Part shown: one piece after another, positions 28,161-35,572 of the stretch | Layout: the number at the start of each line of letters is the position of its first letter | Position numbering within the stretch: position 1 is the stretch's first letter | Origin: Methanosarcinaceae archaeon | GTDB lineage: Archaea > Halobacteriota > Methanosarcinia > Methanosarcinales > Methanosarcinaceae | NCBI GenBank assembly: GCA_052361145.1 | Contig: JBQVMC010000001.1 | Location: 1-35,572 of the forward strand | Direction: 5' to 3' | DNA: 35,572 bases | Position numbers and translations under genes: made by a program | Notes under the pieces: model-generated | The model's database searches: none | Told to the model about the DNA's origin: nothing | What the model saw: the letters and a program-made list of their open reading frames with translations, nothing else

Positions 28161-29414
28161 TTGTCAGAAATATCAAGTATGGTAGTAACGCATGCTAAAG
28201 CCAGTATTGAAGAAATGGAAAGTGCGTGGCATGGTGATCTTGAAAGTATGTTAAGACCCTTGTACTCGCAGGAATTAATTTATGAATGCGCAGTGCTCAA
28301 AACCTGTAACAGAGTTGAAATATATGTTGTTTCACCAAAAGGAAGTCAAATACTGTTCCATTTTGCAAAGAAAATGGGCGTATCTTCAAGGATCGTTGAG
28401 TTCTATGACCATGATGAGACGCTATTACATCTTTTAAGACTTGCATCAGGTCTTGAATCCATGATTGTCGGGGAAGACCAGATACTCGGGCAGATAAAAG
28501 AACTGTACGGTATCGCAAAGGAGATCGGCACAACCGGCAAGATGCTTGATACCACATTCAGCAAAGCGATACAGGTTGGAAAAAGGGTGCGCACAGAAAC
28601 GGGCATTAACAGGGGTTCGGTTTCTATAGGTTCTGCGGCAGTCGATCTTGCAGACGAAATACTTAATGGCCTTATCGGCAAAACGATCCTTGTTATTGGT
28701 GCAGGTGAGATGGGAACACTTGTTGCACGTGCACTTGCCCACAAGAATATTGATGCAATATACATTGCAAACCGGACATTCGAGAAAGCAAAGATGCTTG
28801 CTGAAGAACTGGGCGGACTGGCTGTTCCTTACAGCGAGGTAGGAGAATATGTGAAAGATGCAGACGTGGTCATTAGTGCAACATCGGCACCGCATTATGT
28901 GTTGACAAAAGAGATCATGTCAAAAGCGATGGAGAACAGGAATAGTGCGATCCTTTTGATCGATATTGCGAACCCGCGTGATATAGAGGATTCGGTCACA
29001 CAGGTTATGAATGTAACGCTTCATAATATCGACAGCTTGCGTATTATCAATGAAAAGAACATGCAGATGAGGCGTGATGAAGCAAAAAAGGCAGAGGTCC
29101 TGATAGAAGAAGAACTTGTACTACTTAAAACCCAGTTCAAGCGGCAAAAAGCAGATGGGTTGATATCTGAATTATATGAACGGATCTATAAAGTGCGCGA
29201 GCATGAAAAGGAGCGTGCGATCAATCGCTTGAAAGCATATCACTCGATCGGAGAGATTGAAACAAAGGTAATCGATGACCTGACACATTCTATTGCCAAC
29301 AAGATAGTGGCAGAGCCAACAAAAGTCCTGAGAAATGCGGCAGAGCATGATGATGAAGATATGCTGGATACAGTGTCCAGGTTGTTCAAACTAAACGGTG
29401 CAAAAAAGGAGTGA
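28161..29414 (+). CDS. hemA: glutamyl-tRNA reductase
   Basis: [10 protein letters not shown] (catalytic Cys), [28 protein letters not shown] start with GGAGGAT 4 nt upstream. Confidence 0.93.
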   Translation: MSEISSMVVTHAKASIEEMESAWHGDLESMLRPLYSQELIYECAVLKTCNRVEIYVVSPKGSQILFHFAKKMGVSSRIVEFYDHDETLLHLLRLASGLESMIVGEDQILGQIKELYGIAKEIGTTGKMLDTTFSKAIQVGKRVRTETGINRGSVSIGSAAVDLADEILNGLIGKTILVIGAGEMGTLVARALAHKNIDAIYIANRTFEKAKMLAEELGGLAVPYSEVGEYVKDADVVISATSAPHYVLTKEIMSKAMENRNSAILLIDIANPRDIEDSVTQVMNVTLHNIDSLRIINEKNMQMRRDEAKKAEVLIEEELVLLKTQFKRQKADGLISELYERIYKVREHEKERAINRLKAYHSIGEIETKVIDDLTHSIANKIVAEPTKVLRNAAEHDDEDMLDTVSRLFKLNGAKKE

Positions 29415-29418
29415 TATT

Positions 29419-30393
29419 ATGTTTCCACAGGTTCGAATGCGAAGGTTAAGAAGTGGCAAGATACGTGATCTGGTGCGTGAAACCGCACTTACGACAGATA
29501 ACTTGATATATCCAATGTTCGTGGACGAAACCATTGGTTCTGCTGTGGAGGTTTCTTCTATGCCTGGCGTATACAGGCTGCCCCCTGGCAGTGTGGCTGA
29601 TGATGCAAAAGAAGCCTCTGACCTCGGGATTCCTGCGGTAATCCTTTTCGGGATTCCGAAGAACAAGGATGAAACGGGTACGACCGCCTATGGTGACAAT
29701 GATGTTGTCCAGCAGGCTGTCCGTGAGATCAAGGATGAACTTGGAAAAGACATGGTCGTGATTACTGATGTGTGCCTGTGTGAATATACGTCCCACGGAC
29801 ATTGCGGTATTGTTGACTATGATACAGAGGAGATCTTGAATGATCCGACCTTGCCGCTGCTTGGCAAAACTGCAATAAGTCATGCAAAAGCAGGCGCGGA
29901 TATTATTGCGCCTTCCGGAATGATGGACGGGATGATCGGTACGATACGCTCTGCTCTTGACAAAAATAGTTTTGATAATATTCCGATAATGTCGTATGCT
30001 GCAAAGTATTCCTCTGCATTTTACGGGCCATTCAGGGATGCGGCAGAATCCGGTTATTCGTTCGGTGACCGCTCAAGTTACCAGATGGATCCTGCAAACT
30101 CAAATGAGGCTATGCGTGAAGTTGCGCTTGACATTCAGGAGGGTGCTGATATTATAATGGTTAAGCCTGCACTTCCCTATCTTGATATACTCTACCGCAT
30201 CAAGACCGAATTTGAAATGCCAACGGCTGCATACAATGTAAGCGGGGAATATTCAATGTTAAAAGCCGCTGCGCAGAACGGCTGGCTGGATGAAAAAGCG
30301 GTTATGTACGAGTCGCTTCTCTCGATCAAACGCGCGGGTGCAGATATGATTTTGACATATTTCGCAAAGGATATGGCGCGTATTCTGGGGTAA
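29419..30393 (+). CDS. hemB: porphobilinogen synthase (delta-aminolevulinate dehydratase)
   Basis: [25 protein letters not shown] (Zn site), [22 protein letters not shown] 29419 is preceded by AGGAGTGAT. Confidence 0.95.
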   Translation: MFPQVRMRRLRSGKIRDLVRETALTTDNLIYPMFVDETIGSAVEVSSMPGVYRLPPGSVADDAKEASDLGIPAVILFGIPKNKDETGTTAYGDNDVVQQAVREIKDELGKDMVVITDVCLCEYTSHGHCGIVDYDTEEILNDPTLPLLGKTAISHAKAGADIIAPSGMMDGMIGTIRSALDKNSFDNIPIMSYAAKYSSAFYGPFRDAAESGYSFGDRSSYQMDPANSNEAMREVALDIQEGADIIMVKPALPYLDILYRIKTEFEMPTAAYNVSGEYSMLKAAAQNGWLDEKAVMYESLLSIKRAGADMILTYFAKDMARILG

Positions 30394-30535
30394 AGCACAA
30401 TATATCTTACAAGTGGAATGCAATAGATTTCCTGCTGTGTCGCCACTTATTATTAAGATTAAAATAATGTATTGTATTATTGACAATAATATTTATTTCA
30501 AATATTTATCAACAATAAACCATAGGTGTTTAATC

Positions 30536-30682
30536 ATGGTGAGAAGAGATATTGTTCAAGTAAAAAATCCGAAATCCGGACATTATGTGAAAATCGATAG
30601 ATCTATCGGTAAAATTCTTAGTTATAAGAAAACGGAAGGGGCATACAAAAATGTGCCAATTGCGAGAAAGAGGACTGAATGA
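30536..30682 (+). CDS. small basic protein (48 aa), function unknown
   Basis: MVRRDIVQVKNPKSGHYVKIDRSIGKILSYKKTEGAYKNVPIARKRTE. AGGTG lies 8 nt upstream of the ATG. Its stop overlaps the next ORF start in ATGA. The track version from 30413 runs through an AT-rich leader and is unlikely. Confidence 0.45.
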   Translation: MVRRDIVQVKNPKSGHYVKIDRSIGKILSYKKTEGAYKNVPIARKRTE

Positions 30683-31317
30683 TACTCTACAGGCCTGATG
30701 GCGATGTTCACACTACCCACATAAAATATCGTCCAAGAACCTGTTTTACTATGACTAAACTTGGTCAGCCAATTTCACCTGAGATAAAAAATATAAGAGT
30801 TGAACTGCGTAGAGTGTTAATAAAACGACAAATTGAGGAAGTCGATGCTGAAAGTGTTGTTACAGGACGAGATTTTTTAATGAAGATCTGGAACCTGATT
30901 ACAACTGTACCATTAGGAATTGCGATCATTGATAACAATATGTCCGGACAGACCCTTTCTAATGTTTTTTATGAAATCGGATTTATGCAGGCTTATGGTA
31001 AAGAAACTTTAGTTATAAAAACAAAAGATGTAAAAATACCATCCGATTTTATTCGAACCGAATATGTTGAATATGGGAATGGTTTTGAAAATAAATTGGA
31101 TAAATTCTTCAATACTTTCTTTGCACTACCGGAACATTATGATGATATGGCAGAAGTGCTTGAAAACAACCCCCTTTTAGCAATTGATTATTTGCGAAGA
31201 GCATATTTAATTACTGGTGACTTAAAATATAAGGAGAAAGCCAATGTTATTTATGAAGATGCATCAATTGATGGGAGAGCAAAAAATAGTGTGGAGGCTT
31301 TGTTAGTTAAATTTTAA
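30679..31317 (+). CDS. TIR-like / nucleoside 2-deoxyribosyltransferase-like domain protein with a helical C-terminal region
   Basis: 212 aa. The core is PLGIAIIDNNMSGQTLSNVFYEIGFMQAYGKETLVIKTKDVKIPSDFIRTEYVEY. It follows the strand / N-V-x-[FY]-E-x-G / G-K-x-strand / P-S-D pattern I associate with COG4271/DUF1863 TIR-like and NDT-like domains. The coding call is solid; the family call is by eye only. Confidence 0.55.
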   Translation: MILYRPDGDVHTTHIKYRPRTCFTMTKLGQPISPEIKNIRVELRRVLIKRQIEEVDAESVVTGRDFLMKIWNLITTVPLGIAIIDNNMSGQTLSNVFYEIGFMQAYGKETLVIKTKDVKIPSDFIRTEYVEYGNGFENKLDKFFNTFFALPEHYDDMAEVLENNPLLAIDYLRRAYLITGDLKYKEKANVIYEDASIDGRAKNSVEALLVKF

Positions 31318-31371
31318 GAGTCTTTAAGTTCGAATCACAATCCAACAAATTTTATAATCAATGGTGATCAC

Positions 31372-32649
31372 ATGAGTTTAGAAAAATCAAAACTATTATA
31401 CGAAAAAGCCAGGACACTCCTTCCAGGTGGAGTTAGCAGTCCGGTTCGGGCGATTAAGCCGTATCCATTCTACACAACATCTGCAAGCGGTTCAAAGATT
31501 ACGGATGTTGACGGGAACGAATACATTGATTATTGTATGGCATATGGTCCGAAAATACTCGGACACGCCCATCCGCGTATCAAGCAGGCGATAGTTGGGC
31601 AATTGGACAATGGGTGGCTGTATGGTACACCTACAGGCCTTGAGGTGACACTTGCGGATAAGATCGTTTCCCTCTATCCGAGCATTGACATGCTCAGGTT
31701 TGTTACAACCGGCACGGAAGCGACCATGAGTGCACTCAGGGCGGCGCGCGGGTTTACGGGTAAGAACAAGTTTATAAAAATAGAAGGGGGCTTCCACGGT
31801 GCGCACGAGGCGGTGCTTGTCAAGGCAGGTTCCGGTGCGACCACACACGGCAAACCGGATTCGCTCGGTATACCGGAAGATTTTACAAAAAATACGCTTC
31901 AGGTCCCGTATAACGATATTGAGGCAATGGTAACTGCCATCGAGTCCAACAAAGATGATATGGCTGCGGTTATTATGGAACCTGTTATGGGAAATATAGG
32001 TCCTATCCTTCCGGAGGGAGATTATCTAAAAGATGTGCGCAAGGTCACAGAGGAGAACGATGTTGTCCTGATATTCGATGAAGTTATTACAGGATTCCGG
32101 CTTGCCATGGGGGGTGCACAGGAATATTATGGCGTTACGCCTGATATGACAACACTCGGGAAGATTGTTGGTGGCGGAATGCCTATTGGTGTGTTTGGAG
32201 GACAGCGCGAGATAATTGAGATGATCTCACCCTCGGGAGGTGTGTACCAGGCAGGCACATTTAGCGGCAGTCCCGTTTCTATGGCAGCCGGTATTACAGT
32301 GCTGGATATTCTTGAAAAGGAAAACGTGCATAGAACATTGAATGCCACAGGCGATGCAGTGCGTGCCCGGTTGTCTGATATTGTTTCGGATATGGGGCTT
32401 GGTTATAATGTATCCGGAATTGCATCGATGTTCAAGATATTCTTTGGGGATGCTCCTTTAAACTATCAGGAAGCACTCAAATGCGACAAGGAAAGATACT
32501 TCGAGTTCTTCCACAGGATGCTGAAGAGCGGGGTTTTCCTGCCGCCATCGCAGTTCGAGACGAATTTCATCTCAACCGCCCACAATAAATCCGATCTTGA
32601 CAGGACTTACGAAGCCTATGAGGCGAACCTGAAAGGTGTTAAAGAATGA
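31372..32649 (+). CDS. hemL: glutamate-1-semialdehyde 2,1-aminomutase
   Basis: [48 protein letters not shown] (PLP lysine). Confidence 0.95.
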   Translation: MSLEKSKLLYEKARTLLPGGVSSPVRAIKPYPFYTTSASGSKITDVDGNEYIDYCMAYGPKILGHAHPRIKQAIVGQLDNGWLYGTPTGLEVTLADKIVSLYPSIDMLRFVTTGTEATMSALRAARGFTGKNKFIKIEGGFHGAHEAVLVKAGSGATTHGKPDSLGIPEDFTKNTLQVPYNDIEAMVTAIESNKDDMAAVIMEPVMGNIGPILPEGDYLKDVRKVTEENDVVLIFDEVITGFRLAMGGAQEYYGVTPDMTTLGKIVGGGMPIGVFGGQREIIEMISPSGGVYQAGTFSGSPVSMAAGITVLDILEKENVHRTLNATGDAVRARLSDIVSDMGLGYNVSGIASMFKIFFGDAPLNYQEALKCDKERYFEFFHRMLKSGVFLPPSQFETNFISTAHNKSDLDRTYEAYEANLKGVKE

Positions 32650-33590
32650 TAATCGGAACCCGTGGCAGTGGTCTTGCCCTTGCACAGGCGAACCTTGTGG
32701 CACGCCTGCTTGAAGAGCGCGGGACCAAGACCACCCAGATGATTATAAAAACAAGCGGGGATACGTTCACGGACCGCCCCCTGCACGAGGTTGCAGGTGT
32801 GGGCGCGTTTGTAAGAGAGATCGATGACCGCATGATCGCAGGTGAGATCGATATCGCAGTACATTCGATGAAAGACCTGCCAACCTTGCGCCCGGAGGAG
32901 TTATCGATCGCAGCGGTCCTGAAGCGTGATTCTCCCTTTGATGTGCTTTTAACAACCGACGGTTCAACACTTGATGAGTTGCCGGACGGTGCTATTATAG
33001 GCACGACATCCATGCGCAGGCGGGCACAGTTACTGAGGTACCGCCCGGACCTTAACATCCAGGACCTTCGCGGGAATATCGATACCCGTATCAAAAAACT
33101 CAAAGCGGGTATGTATGACGGCATACTGCTAGCAGAAGCCGGACTCCAGCGCATGGGCTGGGAGATGGATGTCGAGCAGTTGGATCCGGATGCGTTCTGT
33201 CCATCTGCAAATCAGGGTACGATCGTCATTGTTACAAAAGCGGGCAGTGAAGCCGAAAAAGCGGTTGCCTGTCTTGACCATGCGCAGTCTCGTATTGAGA
33301 CAGAGATCGAGCGCCTTGTGATAACGGATGTGGAAGGCGGGTGCATCGTTCCGATCGGTGCGTTTGCCGAACATGTGGAAAATGGCGAGATTATACATGT
33401 GCGCGCAGAAGTGCTTGCACTGGACGGAACTTATGATGTACACGTTGATGAACTTATACTTACTGATAATTACAGAAGTGAAGGTCAAAGGCTTGGTCAT
33501 GAACTTGTGAAACTTGGTGGTAAGGAACTGGTACAGGATGCGATATGCCAGTTATCGAATTACGATGCTGAGGAGAGACAGTTTAATTAA
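32646..33590 (+). CDS. hemC: hydroxymethylbilane synthase (porphobilinogen deaminase)
   Basis: [58 protein letters not shown] (cofactor Cys). Overlaps the hemL stop by 4 nt. Confidence 0.95.
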   Translation: MIIGTRGSGLALAQANLVARLLEERGTKTTQMIIKTSGDTFTDRPLHEVAGVGAFVREIDDRMIAGEIDIAVHSMKDLPTLRPEELSIAAVLKRDSPFDVLLTTDGSTLDELPDGAIIGTTSMRRRAQLLRYRPDLNIQDLRGNIDTRIKKLKAGMYDGILLAEAGLQRMGWEMDVEQLDPDAFCPSANQGTIVIVTKAGSEAEKAVACLDHAQSRIETEIERLVITDVEGGCIVPIGAFAEHVENGEIIHVRAEVLALDGTYDVHVDELILTDNYRSEGQRLGHELVKLGGKELVQDAICQLSNYDAEERQFN

Positions 33591-33638
33591 GAAGGGAATG
33601 TTTGTCTCTTTGTTTTGATGAGTATTATACAATGTTTA

Positions 33639-33751
33639 GTATCCACTTCAAAAAGCAGGGTAAAATACATGTTCAGATTATCTATATCAAGTGTCTGAGC
33701 ATCTTTTGATTTCAAAATGGAGTCAGTTACCTTTAGATTTGAAACGGATAC
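33639..33751 (+). mobile_element. MITE copy D with a perfect 8-bp target-site duplication
   Basis: GTATCCACTTCAAAAAGCAGGGTAAAATACAT ... CTTTAGATTTGAAACGGATAC, flanked on both sides by AATGTTTA. Confidence 0.72.
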
Positions 33752-33924
33752 AATGTTTAACTGTATGAACAGGATTTACGGTATGTTGGTTGCATTTTCA
33801 TCCTGTGCATGGTTCGTTGATTTTAATAATATGATACCATATTTGGTAACATGTCCTAAATGATGGAGTTGCCCATACAGTGTGCTAGAATGAATTTAAG
33901 AGATACTAAAGAGACGTGACAGAT

Positions 33925-34833
33925 ATGGTTGCACTTACACTTACAGGGCTGGACCTTAAGAATCCTACAATGTTGGCTGCAGGTATTATGGGCACGACCG
34001 GTGCATCCCTTGTGCGAATGGCAAATGAAGGTGCGGGTGCGGTGGTTACGAAATCGATCGGACCTGAACCTAAGGAAGGACATCCTAACCCGAGTATGAT
34101 CCAGCTCGAATGCGGATTTTTGAATGCGATGGGATTACCGAATCCCTCATATGACGGTTTTTCACAGGAACTCGAATTTGTGAAAAACAAAACTTCGGTT
34201 CCTGTTATCGCAAGCATTTTCGGTGGGGATGCCGATGAGTTTCTCAAGGTTGCGGAAGGGTTAAGCCCGGCAAAACCTGATGCTTTTGAACTCAATGTCA
34301 GCTGTCCTCATGCCGAAGGGTATGGTGCGATGATCGGCATTGATCCTTATGTTGTTGAGGAGATCACGCGCGTGGTGTGCAATGCTGTGGATGTTCCTGT
34401 GTGGGTAAAACTTACTCCGAATGTTACGGATATTGTGACCATCGGCAAGGCAGCTGAGCGCGGCGGTGCTGAGGGTGTGGTTGCGATTAATACTGTTCGC
34501 GCAATGGCAATTGATATTGCCACTGGTTATCCGATACTTGGAAATAGGTTCGGTGGCCTGTCCGGTGCGGCAGTTAAGCCTATTGCGGTGAAGTGTGTCT
34601 ATGACCTGTATGCTGCTCTTGATATTCCGGTCATCGGCGTGGGAGGTGTGTCCGTATGGCAGGATGCGATTGAGATGATCATGGCAGGTGCAAGTGCGGT
34701 GCAGATCGGTTCTGCGGTGATTGACGGATTAGGGGTGTTTGGCACGATTGCCGATGGGATTGACAATTATCTTGATGAGAATGGTTATGCAGGTGTTGAA
34801 GATATTATCGGTCTTGCCCACGAGGTGACCTGA
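33925..34833 (+). CDS. pyrD: dihydroorotate dehydrogenase catalytic subunit (class 1B)
   Basis: LKNPTMLAAG, VTKSIG, NAMGLPNP, ELNVSCPH, NT..., GGLSG, IGVGGV. An alternative GTG start is at 33916. Confidence 0.9.
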   Translation: MVALTLTGLDLKNPTMLAAGIMGTTGASLVRMANEGAGAVVTKSIGPEPKEGHPNPSMIQLECGFLNAMGLPNPSYDGFSQELEFVKNKTSVPVIASIFGGDADEFLKVAEGLSPAKPDAFELNVSCPHAEGYGAMIGIDPYVVEEITRVVCNAVDVPVWVKLTPNVTDIVTIGKAAERGGAEGVVAINTVRAMAIDIATGYPILGNRFGGLSGAAVKPIAVKCVYDLYAALDIPVIGVGGVSVWQDAIEMIMAGASAVQIGSAVIDGLGVFGTIADGIDNYLDENGYAGVEDIIGLAHEVT

Positions 34834-35572
34834 TTGCGCCCGATCAATGTTACGATTACAAATATTGTTGAGGAATCCCCATCAACAAGGACGTTCTTTT
34901 TTGACACGTCATTTGATAGTGCGATCCCAGGTCAGTTCGTGATGATCTGGATCCGGGGTGTGGACGAGATTCCGATGACACTCGCTTACAATAATGCAAT
35001 TACCGTGCAAAAGGTCGGTGATGCTACATCCGCACTGTTTGAACTGGACGTGGGAGACTCGCTCGGCATTCGCGGACCGTTCGGCAATGGTTTCACATTA
35101 CCGCAAAGGGATGAGAGGATCCTGCTCATTGCGGGCGGGGTGGGTGCAGCACCCCTTGCGCCCCTGGCAGAGTATAGCATGTGCGCAGGGTCGGATGTCA
35201 CTACTATCTTAGGCGCGCGCAATGCTGATGAGTTGATATTCGCGGACAGGTTTATGGCAGCAGGTGTGTTGTATATTACAACCGATGACGGCAGTAAGGG
35301 ACGTGGCGGATTTGTGACTGATGTACTGAATGAAGTTGATATTTCGGAGTATGATAAAATATACACCTGCGGACCTGAGATAATGATGGCGCGCGTGCTT
35401 GAGATACTGCGCAATGCAGGGGCGCACGGACGGGCAGAGTTTAGTTTGCACAGGTATTTTAAGTGTGGTATTGGGGTGTGCGGGGCGTGCTGTATAGATC
35501 CGCACGGGTTGAGGGTTTGTAAGGATGGGCCTGTTTTTAATGGGGAGTTGCTTGTTGGATCTGAGTTTGGGG
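34834..35572 (+). CDS. pyrK: dihydroorotate dehydrogenase electron-transfer subunit PyrK (3' end outside window)
   Basis: Not in the ORF track because it has no stop inside the window. Hand translation: (TTG)[72 protein letters not shown] (2Fe-2S ligands). It is in the same frame as pyrD, directly after its TGA. Confidence 0.85.
   Translation, partial: MRPINVTITNIVEESPSTRTFFFDTSFDSAIPGQFVMIWIRGVDEIPMTLAYNNAITVQKVGDATSALFELDVGDSLGIRGPFGNGFTLPQRDERILLIAGGVGAAPLAPLAEYSMCAGSDVTTILGARNADELIFADRFMAAGVLYITTDDGSKGRGGFVTDVLNEVDISEYDKIYTCGPEIMMARVLEILRNAGAHGRAEFSLHRYFKCGIGVCGACCIDPHGLRVCKDGPVFNGELLVGSEFG

Overview
This is an archaeal chromosomal window. The gene content looks euryarchaeal and Methanosarcinales/ANME-like, but that placement is inference, not a search result.

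Left third (1-10 kb): a conserved minus-strand information-processing block. It holds aIF2-gamma, a PIN protein, Rpo7/RpoE, Spt4, a DUF359 dephospho-CoA kinase, S24e and an S27ae ORF missing from the ORF track. IlvE, a MoeA fusion, a UPF0278 PIN-like protein and PurP are also here.

Middle (about 10.1-22.2 kb): an accessory-looking stretch bracketed by an inverted pair of about 135-bp structured repeats. It contains an NfeD/stomatin pair, a decayed transposase and an orphan 380-aa protein. It also holds an HAO-family octaheme c-type cytochrome with a PGF-CTERM anchor, UvrA, and an AAA/DUF4143 ATPase whose N-terminus is cut off by an in-frame TGA.

Right third: a heme-c supply island. On the minus strand are a NirJ-like radical SAM (candidate AhbC), a polyprenyl synthase, a variant CcmE (CxxxY) and an unlisted 40-aa CcmD-like ORF. 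Divergent from these are ahbD-ahbA-ahbB-sirC-hemA-hemB-[insert]-hemL-hemC, followed by pyrD-pyrK.

The best candidate for something undescribed is the visibly AT-rich two-gene cassette wedged between hemB and hemL. It encodes a 48-aa basic protein translationally coupled to a 212-aa protein with a TIR-like / nucleoside-deoxyribosyltransferase-like core.

The window also carries four copies of a 113-126 bp MITE with terminal inverted repeats and 8-bp target-site duplications, plus several other repeat and regulatory-looking elements. All family assignments come from reading motifs by eye; no searches were run.
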